This document shows positions 1-12,251 of a DNA stretch of 64,000 nucleotides, piece by piece. This stretch comes from Octopus sinensis. Taxonomy: Eukaryota. The stretch covers positions 2,728,001-2,792,000 of the forward strand of contig NC_043014.1 of NCBI RefSeq assembly GCF_006345805.1. The letters are read 5' to 3'. The notes beneath the pieces are model-generated. The model saw only the letters and a list, made by a program, of their open reading frames with translations. It was not told the DNA's origin and did not search any database. Position 1 is the first letter of the stretch, and the number at the start of each line of letters is the position of its first letter. Both the position numbers and the translations under genes were made by a program.

Positions 1-787
1 TCCAGCCATAGAAACACACAACAGGCACCTCAAGTTTGGACAGCTTCTTACTAACCAGTTCCATGTCAAACCGTCCAACCCATGGCATCATGGAAAGCGG
101 ATGCTAAGCGATGATGATGATGATGAAGAATTTTATATTGTGTATTAGTCAGAGTGGTGCCCTCATCCTGGTTGTTGCAATGGTAATGGTGGTGATGATG
201 ATGATGAGGAGGAGGAGGAGGAGATAAACGAACCAGTTGCTATTGTTGTTTGGAACCAAGTTAGCCCAGATCAAAGAACTTCCCTCCATGACCATCCCGT
301 ATTATTTCCTGATAGAACACTCTACGACTACATTGTCATACGATGTGTCTTTCCATCGTTGAATTAGTTCACATCAGAAAGTAATTTGAGGGAGATTTGG
401 TTGTTATTTCTAGCAGGGTCAGAGCCAGTGAACATGTTGAGGTGTATTTTTTGTCTCTCTCTTGGTCCAACGGTGGGCCTGTGTCCCCTGCATGTGACCC
501 CTAGGTCATGCGGGGGGTCTGCAAAATTAATCACCTTAATGTTTTTGATGCTACTTTTTAATAACAAAAAAATTGGAGAATTTTTTTTTTTGTTAAATAA
601 AAGTATTTTTGCTGAATATGGAAATCAGAATTGGAAGAGAAGTCAAAACAAAGAAAAACAAAAAACAACAAAGAAAAACAACAAATAACAAAAGAAACTT
701 GTTTTAATTTACAAAATATAATTAAAAAAAGGCTAGAATGACAGAGACTGAGAAACAGAAAGACGAAAAGAGATTGAATAGTAGGTG

Positions 788-944
788 GGTAGAGAGAGAG
801 AGAAATAGATAAGGAGAAGGAGGTAGATGGCAAGAGAGAGAGAGAGAGAGAGCAAGAGAGAGAGAAAGAGAGCAAGAGAGAGAGAAAGAGAGCAAGAGAG
901 AGAGAGAGCAAGAGAGAGAGAGAGCAAGAGAGAGAGAAAGAGAG

Positions 945-999
<55 letters not shown>

Positions 1000-1049
1000 A
1001 AGAGAGCAAGAGAGAGAGAAAGAGAGAAAGAGATAGATAGATAGATATG

Positions 1050-1085
<36 letters not shown>

Positions 1086-1142
1086 CAGACAGAGATAGAT
1101 AGAGAGAGAGATAGACAGACAGATAGATAGATAGATAGAAAG

Positions 1143-1210
<68 letters not shown>

Positions 1211-1258
1211 GGATAGACAGACAGACAGGTAGATTGGCAGATAGATAGATAGATAAAG

Positions 1259-1314
<56 letters not shown>

Positions 1315-1520
1315 GGATAGATGGATAGACAGACAGACAGGTAGATTGGCAGATAGATAGATAGATAAAGAGATAGATAGATAGATAGATAGATAGAGGG
1401 GAGAGAAACGGAACATAGAGAGCAAGTGTTAGATACAAACATACATACATAGAGAGATAAGAGACAGACAGATAGAAACAGAGATAGATAGATAAATAGA
1501 TAGATAGATAGAGGGGGGGG
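788..1520. repeat. Compound microsatellite, (AG)n/(AGAGC)-type followed by (AGAT)n/(AGAC)n
   Basis: Directly visible. It generates the spurious SIYL/SLSL ORFs at 558..1676. Confidence 0.97.
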
Positions 1521-1926
1521 GCTGAGAAAAGGCAAGACAGAAGGCAGATAAGAAACAAAGTAGTTTTTAAAACAAGAAAACCAGTCAAAGAATACATTTG
1601 GATGCCAATGGCAAATGAGAACACCAATGTAAAATGGAAATGGAAAAATGAAAACAGCATTGCTTATGGAAACCACACATCATTGACAATTTGTGCAATC
1701 ACAAAGGAAAAAGCACGAAAGTCCAAGAAGATTTTGATGAACTTTTAGTCTGAGACTAAAACACTGTTGAGGCTTCTCCGAAGGAAGCCACACAAGGAAT
1801 TGAAACTGAACTTAAAAGCAGCAAAGTACTACGGTTTGGAACCAAAAAATAAAACCATTTTATTCTATTCTGTGGAACCGGTTTACGGCTAGATGCACTG
1901 AGCTACTTGGAATTTAAATGTCTTGA

Positions 1927-2147
1927 CCCTTTGGCATTTAAACCAGTCGTGCCCGGCCCAAAATATCCAACCTGTTTTATGTCCAAAGTGGCCAGATCTG
2001 ACATGTCACACCTACCCTACAACACCATTCTGAGAATAAACAATCGCATCATCGAAACGACAAAGCTACAAGATAATACAAGATTAATTCAAAACAATGG
2101 GATTAAATAAGGATTACATTCAACAGAGTGATCTGAACACTAAAGGG
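1927..2147. mobile_element. piggyBac-like MITE (degenerate)
   Basis: Termini ccctttggca...cactaaaggg with degenerate TTAA flanks (ttga/tgaa). A related copy at 21426..21803 has intact TTAA on both sides. Confidence 0.6.
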
Positions 2148-2618
2148 TGAAATGTAGGCACAAAGTTTTGCTGGTGACTGGATTGGAACCGCTAACCTTT
2201 GAGTTGTCTGCTACACTATCCACTGAGTCATTCATACACAGTGTTTGTCTCAGTTTTCCGTCCGTCGACAGAACGGTTGGTTGGTTGGTTGGTTGTTGCA
2301 TTGAAGCAACTATATATAGAGCTAAAAGTTGGCCCCTTTTTTTTGGCCCCACCCGTTATAACTAACCACTTAACTAGGAAGTGTGAATAGCGTTTTGTGT
2401 TTTGTTTATTTTTGTTCCTATTTTTTTTATCTTATTTTGTTCGTTCAGGCAAATTGGAGCCAATCAGAATCCGGTGCCATGCTCAGAGACAGACTGTCAT
2501 GTCTATAAAAACATAACATCAGAATTTGCAATCACCTAATTTAGCCATAGACACCTTCATCTCACAGCCATTGGGCTCCCACTCTATATGAGGTAAATTT
2601 ATATCAGTACCAAATTCC

Positions 2619-3599
2619 CTAAGTGGCAAGATTCTTCTGTTTTGTCTTTGAGTCCCTGTTTCGGGATTCTCTGGGGTGTGTGCGGAGATGAACGCTTAAG
2701 GAACACTTGTGCTCAAAGACCTGGTCGCAGAACGGGCACTCCAAAGGACCGTTTTGTCCTTGGTTGTGAAACTTATGCTGCAGCAAGGTGCTGGCACGTG
2801 CAAAGTCCTTCAAGCAATGAGGACAATGGTAAGGACGTACGCCAGAGTGAGTCGCCATGTGTGACCTCAAGTTGCATGACTGGGAGAACATCTTGCCGCA
2901 GAGCTCGCACTCAAATGGCTTCTCACCTGTGTGCGTACGCATGTGCACTTTCCGCTGTCCAGCATCCGCAAATGCTTTACTACAGATGCAACATGCGTAA
3001 GGCTTCTCGCCAGTGTGTGTACGGATGTGCTTGATCAGGTTGTGAGAGCCGGAAAAAGCTTTATCACAGAACTTGCACTGATAAGGTCTCGTGCCATTGA
3101 TGGTGTGCGCACGTCGATGGATGGACAAGATGTGGGCATTTGGGAACTGTTTGCCACAGTGTTCGCAGACATACTGCAACACACTGCTGGCTTCTTCTGC
3201 TTCTTCTCTTACGATGACCCCTTCGCCGCCACCAATCTCACAACTGCCATTTTCTTCAGTAGCAGAGCGAAGGGCCAACGCTAAACTGAGGGCATCAGTA
3301 AACACGTCATTCTGGACAGAAACAGCCGTACTGGCAGCAGAATCGGCAGAGACAGGCGGAACAACGAAAGATGAAGAAGGTACAAAAGAAGAAGAAGAAA
3401 TAGTCGTAGCAGATGGAGGAAAAGAAGAAGTGAGAGAAGTGAAAGAAGGAGTTGAAGGGAAAGAAGAGAAGGTTTGAAAAGAAGAGGAAGCAGAAGGAGG
3501 AGAAGGAGGAGAGGAAGACGAGACAGTCACAGTATTACTGACTGGAAGAAGAGTGAAAAACGTGGCCTCGGAAGCGCTGGAAAGTTGTTCACACAACAT
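2619..3599 (-). CDS. C2H2 zinc-finger transcription factor, 326 aa, six fingers after a Ser/Thr/Pro-rich N-terminus
   Basis: Six CxxC...HxxxH-type fingers (YVCEHC, YQCKFC, YACCIC, FECELC, YHCPHC, LECPFC) with TGEKP/SGVRP linkers and no internal stops. An additional upstream exon cannot be excluded. Confidence 0.92.
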   Translation of the reverse strand: MLCEQLSSASEATFFTLLPVSNTVTVSSSSPPSPPSASSSFQTFSSFPSTPSFTSLTSSFPPSATTISSSSFVPSSSFVVPPVSADSAASTAVSVQNDVFTDALSLALALRSATEENGSCEIGGGEGVIVREEAEEASSVLQYVCEHCGKQFPNAHILSIHRRAHTINGTRPYQCKFCDKAFSGSHNLIKHIRTHTGEKPYACCICSKAFADAGQRKVHMRTHTGEKPFECELCGKMFSQSCNLRSHMATHSGVRPYHCPHCLKDFARASTLLQHKFHNQGQNGPLECPFCDQVFEHKCSLSVHLRTHPRESRNRDSKTKQKNLAT

Positions 3600-3657
3600 C
3601 GTTAATGAAGCACAATGGATGTATTGATCAACGGGTCTTCACACCACCAAATAATAA

Positions 3658-3703
<46 letters not shown>

Positions 3704-3847
3704 TTCAAAATTTTGCCTCTAATATCATTTGTTGAAATGTTCAAACGATATTGTTTGGTTCTTTTAAATTATTGAAAGGAAAAGAAAATTTATTCAATAT
3801 TTCTTCGCTTTTGTATTATTATTATTATTATTGTTGTTATTATTATT

Positions 3848-4065
3848 AGGGTCGCGAGCTGGCAGAATTGTTAGCTCGGCAGGCGAAATGCTTAGCGGTA
3901 TTTTGTTTGCCACAACACTATGAGTTCAAATCCTGCCAAGGTCAACTTTGCTTTTCATCTTTCAGAGTCGATTAAATAAATACCAGTTACACATTGAGGT
4001 TGATGTAATCAACTTAATCCCTTCCTTCAAATTTGAGGCCTTATGCTTCCAGAAGAAAGGATTAT
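3848..4065 (+). mobile_element. tRNA-headed SINE family B (gcgagctggcagaatcgttagc...gagttcaaattcc...gtcgataaattaagtaccag)
   Basis: A/B-box-like head, sits in (TTA)n. Other copies at about 5863..6085, 25003..25220, 40918..41390, 50785..51455 and 62080..62230. Confidence 0.85.
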
Positions 4066-5511
4066 TGTTATTATTATTACTAACGATTATAATTATGTTG
4101 TTTTGATTATTAAGCAACAAAAAAAACAAAGAAGACAAACAGTAAGAGTAGTAAGTGACTCTTACACAAAAAAAATAATAAAATAAAAAGCAGGCCAGAA
4201 TATTAACCAATGATATGGCCTCAGATGTAAGCAAGACTATGAAAGTCCCGCAGTGAATATCAATAACAACAATGAAAAATAATTAAACAAACACAAGTAA
4301 AAAATATAATACAAATTATTACATTCTTAGTTATCTACTTCAAATGGATTTTCCAGTGTATATCTATGGGTGGGCCAAAATGGAAAATGGATATCAAAGA
4401 ATGACGTAATGAAGATATGTGTATATATGTATGTATGTGAAGTTTGAGAAGCCTCGATAAAGCAGAAATTTTCTTCCTTCCAATTTCTATTCTTCTGTAT
4501 GTTAAGCACACATTTATGCTCCTAGTAAGGTAAATCTATATTGAGCCTTTTGAGGTAATTTTTTTCTCTTTGAAAGACAGTTTCGTTTGATTGGCTGTGA
4601 AATGTATCTGTTTTGCTGCACATTTGTCTGTTTGAGGATAGTATCACATCTAACATCACACATGTGGTAGCATTACATTGCTGGTTATAAAAAAATTCTC
4701 TGCCGTTTACACTGCCTGATGAGACACACAGTCCATGAAACAGAACACTCTGTAGTGGAAGACTTGCTACAAGGTACAATCATAAGCGGATAATTGACAT
4801 GCATCTGCCAATCAGAGGATGGCTTTTTCTTTATTTTTCACTCTAAAGGCTTAACTTTATAGCCCAAAATAATTCATAGATTAAAGAAACATTTGTTGAG
4901 TATTCTCAGTGAAAAATAGTTCACCACAACCAATCATAGCATATCCATTGATATTCTATCCCAGATCTGTAAATATCAGATGAGATAAAGGATAAAAACC
5001 AAAAATAGTCTTTTTAGCAATAATCAAAAGAACCCTCTCATTCATAAGGATGCAGAGAATGCAATGTTGTGATGTTCATCCCTTTCTTCAGAATAAGATG
5101 AATCTCCTCTTTTTTGTAATTATTTTATTTTTGTTGTCTTTTTGGTTCCTTGAAAGTCTGGAATTTCTTTTTCTTTCTGGAACTTTCCAAAATGATTCAA
5201 AGCATTCTGATTGTTCTCTGAAAAATAAAGACATGAAAATATATGAAAACACATGACTGACAACGAAGTACTATTGATGTCTTCAGAACATTTTCTAAAA
5301 CAATAGCACATACAAAACCAAGGTACAGGGAACACAAACCCTTCTCACTGAACTGCATTCTTCCCCAAAAAAACAGGACATTTATCAACCATCTTAAGAC
5401 ATAATCCCCACAGTACTTATAACTTGCTGCCCCTTGAGGTCTCTGGATGAGACTTGGACTCCACTTATACAAACATAAAGTAAAATTGTCATTATTATTA
5501 TTATTATTATT

Positions 5512-5830
5512 CAGTAGTTTTATTTTTATAGCGTGCTTTCACTTCACTACCGAGCGCAGCTCTGTGTGCCTTAGGTATGTGCTGTGATGGTTATTGTATG
5601 GAAAGTGTTCTGCGTAGGATGTGTGCAGTGCCTAGTAGTGCAATTTTCTGTATGTTATATGTGTTTGTAAGTCCTGGTGTTTTTGTTATGTATTTGTCTG
5701 AATATTTTTTTATCATGCCTAATGCACCCACTATGATAGGAATTGTTTCTGTTTTTAGATTCCACATTCTGGTTACCTCTATTTCCAGGTCTTTGTATTT
5801 TGAAAGTCCTGGAAATAGAAGTAACTCGAA
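5512..5830 (-). mobile_element. 5'-truncated R4/Dong-like non-LTR retrotransposon 3' end (restriction-like endonuclease C-terminus)
   Basis: Minus strand reads SKYKDLEIEVTRMWNLKTETIPIIVGALGMIKK...QKIALLGTAHILRRTLSIQ*, then a short 3' UTR. (TAA)n flanks both sides. Confidence 0.75.
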
Positions 5831-5861
<31 letters not shown>

Positions 5862-6252
5862 TAAGGCAGTCAGTGAGTTGGCAGAATCGTTAGCATACTG
5901 AATGAAATGCTTAGCAGTATTTCACACATTGCTACGTTCTGAGTTCAAATTCCACCAAGGTCAACTTTGCCTTTCATACTTTCAGGGTCAATAAAATAAG
6001 TACCAGTCGTGTGCCAGGGTCCGATGTAATCAACTTACCCACTCTCCAGAAATTGCTGGCTTTGTGCCAAAATTTGAATCCAATATTTATTACTCATCCA
6101 CAACGCATGTTCCAATATCACACTGTCCAAGGGAAGTAACCTCATCTTGACTTTGTTAATCACATTTACAGCAGTGAAACAATAAAACGGGGAGAAAAGA
6201 GGTCAAGTACAATGGAGGGGTCAACAGAAACGGGGGAAGGGGGGGTATCCTT

Positions 6253-6645
6253 TCGTTCTTTCACTTGTTTCAGTCATTTGACTGCGGCCATGCTGGAGCA
6301 CCGCCTTTAGTCGACCGAATCGACCCCAGGACTTATTCTTTGTAAACCTAGTACTTACTCTATCGGTCTCTTTTGCCAAACTACTAAGCTTATGGGGACG
6401 TAATCACACCAACATCGGTTGTCAAGCAATAGTGGGGGACAAACACAGATACACAAATACATACATATATATATATTTTAAATATAGGATAAAATCTTTA
6501 TAAGAGTTTATCAAGTAGTTAGTGTGAAAAACCTCATAAGGGAAAAATTTATTAATTATTCCCTATAAATATATTTATTTATGTTAAGGGCATTACTATA
6601 CATAAATGCCTCATGCTAGAAGGGACTCATAAAGTCAAAACTACC

Positions 6646-6689
<44 letters not shown>

Positions 6690-7265
6690 TATATACATCT
6701 CTCTCTATATAAACGGCAGTTTGTCTGTCTGCGTGTCTGTGTGTCTGTCAGGTTGTACCCTCACCCTGACCACGGCTTTCAACCGATTCTGATGAAACTT
6801 GACACACACACATAGCCCAATGTCATAATTCAAAACTAACGCAGCGAAAATTTTGGAAAGTTCCCCCAGTTCTGAAAAAAATCGATAAATTCGACATGGG
6901 GTCGAGAATCAGAAACCCAAACCACAGACCGTCTAGGGGACGCAACTCCACCTTTTTTAACTCTCAAAAAAATTTACCATCATTTTTTTTCCATTTTTTT
7001 GCTATTTTTTGGCTATAACTCTCTAAAAATGCTTTATAGTTATTTCCCTTACAAACCTGAGCAACGCCGGGCGATACTGCTAGTATATATATATATATAC
7101 ATATATACGACGGGCTTCTTTCAGTTTTCGTCTACCAAATCCACCCACAAAGCTTTGGTCGGCCCGAAGCTATAGTAGAAGACACTTGCTCAAAGTACCA
7201 CACAGTGGGACTGAACCTGGAACCATGTGGTTGGGAAGCAAACTTCTTACCACACAGCCACACCT
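6253..7265 (-). mobile_element. SINE family A copy split by nested insertions in its internal (TA)n microsatellite
   Basis: Tail half at 6253..6475 and head half at 7090..7265 of the family ggcgcaggagtggctgtgtggtaagtagc...gactgaaacaagtaaaagag. Confidence 0.85.
6698..7083 (+). mobile_element. Non-autonomous Helitron
   Basis: 5' TC after A, GC-rich 3' subterminal motif cctgagcaacgccggg, CTAG end followed by T, no TSD. Confidence 0.8.
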
Positions 7266-7299
7266 GCACAGGTGTTAGTTGTCAAAATTTATGTGCAAT

Positions 7300-7480
7300 A
7301 AAGTGTGCAAGTACTCAGTTCACTCTGCTGGGTGGTTGGCATCTGGAAGGGCATCCAGCTGTAAAAACATTGCCAAAACAGCCACAGAAGTCTGGTGCAG
7401 GTTCCTATCTGGGTGGCTCCTGTCAAACCGTCCAACCCATGCCAGCATGGAAGGCAGATGTTAAATGATGATGATGATGA
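7300..7480 (+). mobile_element. SINE family C (Nin/Deu-like core ggaagggcatccagctgtaaaa, (GAT)n tail)
   Basis: Core motif and aaccgtccaacccatgc...gatgatg tail. Other copies at 1..125, 8125..8225, 20410..20700, 21170..21310, 25399..25590, 33635..34095, 34590..35320 and 44340..44605. Confidence 0.75.
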
Positions 7481-8735
7481 GGAGGAGGAGGAGGAGGAGG
7501 AGGAATACACAAAACACTTAAATTTTTTACACAGAAGAAAATTTAACAATAGAAATACAACAGGATTTGGTTTAAAGATTGAATGGCTGAGTGGTGGGGA
7601 GGGGTCTGTCACCAAAGTGAAAATAGTAACCAAAGGGACCCCTAAGTAAGAAATGAGAAACACTAGTTTCATCAGATAAATTGACCCCAGAGTTATTTTT
7701 AAAGCTTGGTACTTATTCTGTCAGACTCTTTTACCAGACCACCAAGTTATGGGATGTAAACAAACCACCACCAAGTTATGGGATGTAAACAAACCACCAC
7801 CAGTTGTAAAGTGGTAGCAGAAAGGAAAAAAAAAAACCGAAAGACATACACACACTTATGCCAGGCTTCAACACAGTTTCCAATCTACCAAATTCATTCA
7901 CAAGGCATTGGTTGCCCCAGTTCTATAGAAGACAATTTGGACAATGTGCTGCACAGTGGGACTGAACCCAAAACCGCATGGTTGCAAAACAAGCTTCCTT
8001 GACCACACAGCCAGGCCTCACAGGATATTCTTTTAGGTATTCCACTCTTGACCATCCCATCTTTTACTTTTAGGTCTTATTTAAGATAATGCTTGAGTTT
8101 CAATATTTCAACTGATTTAAAGCAATGTTTCTACAGCTGGATGCCCTTCCTAATGCCAACCACTCCGAGAGTGTAGTGGGTGCTTTTTACGTGCCACCAG
8201 CACAGGAGGCAGTCAGGGGGTACTGGCATATATATATATATATTTGCAGGTGTGGTTGTGTGCTAAGAAGCTTGCTTCCCAACCACATGGTTCCGTGTTC
8301 AGTCCCACTTCGTAGCACTTTGGGCAAGCATCCTTAATAAACAGCCTCGGGGGCGACCAAAGCCCTGTGAGTGGATCCGGCAGATGGAAACTGAAAGAAG
8401 CCCGTCACACACATATATGAATATATGACAGGCTCCTTTCAGTTTCCATCTACGAAACCCATTCACAAGGCTTTGATCAGCCTGGGGCTACGGTAGAAGA
8501 TACTTGCCCATGGTGCTGTGCAGTGGGACTGAACCTGAAACGATGTGGTCAGGAAGCAAACATCTTAACCACACATTCCTAACTGATACTATTTATCATC
8601 AACATCAAAGTGGTAACTAAGATGAAGAAAATATTCAAGCATACATTAAGTCATCTACAACACAGACTGAAACTTATAACAATCATGAAAACATCAATAA
8701 ACAAGCTTTACTATACAATGTATATTCTTAGTATT

Positions 8736-9130
8736 ATAGGCGCAGGAGTGGCTGTGTGGTAAGTAGCTTGCTAACCAGCCACATGGTTCCGGGTTCAGTC
8801 CCACTGCGTGGCATCTTGGGCAAGTGTCTTCTGCTAGAGCCCCGGGCCGACCAAAGCCTTGTGAGTGGATTTGGTAGACGGAAACTGAAAGAAGCCCGTC
8901 GTATATATGTATATATATGCTTGTGTGTCTGTGTTTGTCCCCCTAGCATTGCTTGACAACCGATGCTGGTGTGTTTACATCCCCGTCATTTAGCGGTTCA
9001 GCAAAAGAGACCGATAGAATAAGTACTGGGCTTATAAAGAATAAGTCCCGGGGTCGATTTGCTCGACTAAAGGCGGTGCTCCAGCATGGCCACAGTCAAA
9101 TGACTGAAACAAGTAAAAGAGTAAAAAGAG
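8736..9130 (+). mobile_element. Full-length SINE family A
   Basis: tRNA-like head with B box ggttcagtccc, CORE-like gtggcatcttgggcaagtgtctt, internal (TA)/(TG) microsatellite, gtaaaagag repeat tail. Roughly 20 whole or partial copies in the window (e.g. 14396..14797, 30480..30870, 36813..37215, 44800..45205, 47440..47830, 51583..52005). Confidence 0.9.
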
Positions 9131-10764
9131 TAAACGTGTAGCTTGTAACGTAACCATTCCACTTTTTGTAACAATCATGAACAAGTTATGGGGCATAACT
9201 GCAGTTTAATGCCCCACAATGTTACTGTCTCATAATTTTCTGAATAACAGCATAATTTTTGAAGAAATATTACAGAGATGTGTTCCCAAATGTGCAGATT
9301 CAAATTACGCTACATGAAATGCTTTGCAGCATTTCGTCAATCTTCACATTCTGAGTTCAAATTCCATCAAGGTTGACTTTGCCTTTTAAACTAAATACCA
9401 GTTGCGAACTGGGATCGATGTAATTGACTTGTCCCTTCACCTAATTTGAATACTTATTATCATGAGTTTCAGATCATTCTCCCCAACTCCCGGGTAAACA
9501 AAGGCATTGTAAGTTGGTACCAATTTATAGTTATACCAGTTACTGAGAAGTTAATACAAAGTACGGACTTGTTTTTTGATTGCATCAACATAAATGTAAT
9601 CTATATTTTCGTAAACAAATTTCTGTAAAATTTCATTTAAAAATATATATTAAAAAGATTAAAAAATAAGCTATGAAGAAACAAATTTAAATGGGGCCCT
9701 AAACTATAGGTATGCCGATACAAATTCGAAGGGAGGCCTAAACTGTAGTTCTACCAAAATAGTTTATTTTTTTCATGTCAGAAATTTTTCAGTGTCACAT
9801 TTTGAAGATTTTGTTTTTCTTTTATTAATGCCAGGTCATTGACAAGCTTTTCAAATATTACGCAGACATAACAGTGTGGAAAGAAGTTTGCTTCCCAACC
9901 ATACCGTTCCAGGTTCAGTCCCACTGTGTGGTACCGTGAGCAAGTGTTTTCGGCACTACTTAAATACAGAGGTCCCAATGCATCTATGCAATGATATGTT
10001 TTTACAGTGCACACTGGTTAGGGTTCAGGATTAGGATTTAGGGTTATTTTTAGCGTTAGGGTTACACAGATGCGTCGGGACCGCTGTATTTAAGTAGTAT
10101 TATGTTTTTTACAATAGCCGCAGCGACCAAATCCCAGGAAGTGAATTTGGTGAACGGAAAATCAAAGATCGTCGTGTATATGTGTGTGTGTGTCTTTATG
10201 TTTGTCCTCCACCACCACCGCTTGACAACCAGTGTCGGTTTGTTTACGTCCCTGTCACGTAGCGGTTCCGCATATGGGATCGACAGAATAAGTACCAGGC
10301 GTTATATAAAAAAAAATGATAATAAATAATTAAATACTGGGGTCGATTCGTTCGGCTAAACCCTTCAAGGCAGTGCTCCAGCATGGCCAGAGACCACCGA
10401 CTGGAACAAATAAACGATAAGAAGTATTTTGAAATTAGGAAGCAACACTTGAAAAGCTGACGATGCAGTTCGGTTCCGTTGCCAAATAATAAAATTCACC
10501 GTTTTTGAAACCATTTTTCTTAAACGTTATGCGTCGGGTTTTATTCTTCCGAAGAAAGGAACCATTTAACCATTTTGATGTCCCTGAAACCACCTCTGCT
10601 TTCCTGACCCCAACATTTTGTTTTTAAATTATCAAAACTCAAGACAATCCAGCAATTATCTCATGCTAATTTATGTTCCTGACACCGGATTAATAATGGT
10701 AAACGTTGCCTTAATGAATTTTACTAAATTCTTCATTATTTCCAAAAGTAATTGAAAAAGGAAT

Positions 10765-11236
10765 GGTACTACTTGAGAATAGTGGTCCCGGTGCGCGCAC
10801 ACGCGCATCCGCGCTAGCTAGTCGTAAATAGTCGATCCTATAATGACTACCTAGCAAAGTAAATAAAGGTACTACTAGCGAACAGTGGTCCCGGCGCTCC
10901 TCCTCGCGCGGCCGCGCTAGCTAGTCATGACTAGTCGATCCTTACTTTGTGTTTTATTTACTTTGTTTAACAAAAATTATTTATTTTGTGTTTTATTTAC
11001 GGTACTACTAGCGAACAGTGGTCCCGGTGCGCGCACACGCGCATCCGCACTAGCTAGTCGTAAGTAGTCGATCCTACAACGACTACCTAGAAAAGTAAAT
11101 AAAACACAAAATAAATAATTTCTGTTAAACAAAGTAAATAAAACACAAAAAACACAAAGTAAGGATCGACTAGTCATGACTAGCTGGTGCGGATGCGCGA
11201 CTGCGCTCACCGGGACCACTGTTCGCTAGTAGTACC
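10765..11236. mobile_element. Cluster of three MITE family M1 units (GGTACTACT termini): two truncated and one complete (11001..11236)
   Basis: Termini ggtactact start at 10765, 10868 and 11001. The complete unit ends ...gttcgctagtagtacc at 11236 and has about 70-bp CpG-rich TIRs. Confidence 0.85.
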
Positions 11237-11778
11237 AAATAAATAGCGTATGTAGTTCAATAGAAATAGAGTAAAACAAGGGTTAAAGGACGTGGAACAA
11301 TTAAATATAAGAATGAAAGGAGAGATGTTCCGAAAGGGCATCGAGGGAGCCTTTTGTCTTTGACAGAGCACAATGTCAATGACGGTAAAGCCGTGGACCC
11401 TTCAAACCCAACATCTATCGAACGACTGAGTCGGTTGCATGCATAAAATGTCAAGTCATCACTGATACATGAATAGATATAAAAGAAAATATATTTATTT
11501 ATACAGAAATATAAATAAATATATATTTTTTAAAAGGAATCCTACCTAAAAGCCAGCGGCATCGGGTTCCCAGTGACTGAAGCAAAAGAGTTCCGAAGTA
11601 AGGGAGTTTACTCTCATACAACTTCCGTCAAATTTTTGCTGTTTTTATTCTTCATTAAAGTCTTAGTGGTTAGCCATATTGAGAAAGTCTTTTGATTCTT
11701 CTGAAAAAATTCTGAGACCGCGATGTGTTTCCAATACCATAAGGAAACCTTTTTCTGGTCACCTAATATTTCTAATGC

Positions 11779-12186
11779 GGATCTTTTCGGTTTGAACGGC
11801 AGTTTTTTCTAGCGGTGTCATATGAAATTGTCACCTATAATTGTAACCCTAGTATCGATCTATTGCATTTTAATCTGTTTTAGGGTTAGGGGGAAGGGTA
11901 TCTTTTTTTCTTCTCAAATGTAAATAAACCCAATCTGTTTCTTAAACGAGAGACATATTCATACGGCACAGAATGTTTTTCACCTCAATAGACGTCATTG
12001 ATTGGTTGAAATTGCAGAAGTTGAAGAAAAAAAAAACAACAAATATCTTACAAACCATAGAATTTTCTCAATAAAGCCAAGAGAAAAAGGTGTTTTATAA
12101 ACACATTCTACCAGTATACGAAGTTTAAAAGTGTTTAGTTACGTGGAAATTATTTTTAAAAACTGCCGTTCAAACCGAAAAGATCC
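11779..12186 (+). mobile_element. MITE family M2 (GGATCTTTTCGGTTTGAACGGCAG TIR), Merlin-like
   Basis: About 29-bp TIRs, exact 8-bp TSD tctaatgc (11771..11778 / 12187..12194), internal ttagggttaggg. Confidence 0.88.
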
Positions 12187-12251
12187 TCTAATGCTTTTGA
12201 GAAAGCTGTGAACGTAATATCTATATATACCTACGCAACTGTGCCTCCACC

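Noticed and set aside
558-1676. Long ORFs of 372, 312 and 230 aa
   Set aside because: These are translations of (AG)n/(AGAT)n microsatellite (SIYL/SLSL repeats) with no protein signal.
2642-3477. Plus-strand ORFs overlapping the ZNF gene, and similar antisense ORFs over DNAJC16 and IFT52
   Set aside because: They are shadow frames of GC-richer coding sequence with no recognisable domains.
10017-10065. True telomere or chromosome-fusion site
   Set aside because: The TTAGGG runs are short, degenerate and embedded in transposon-like sequence.
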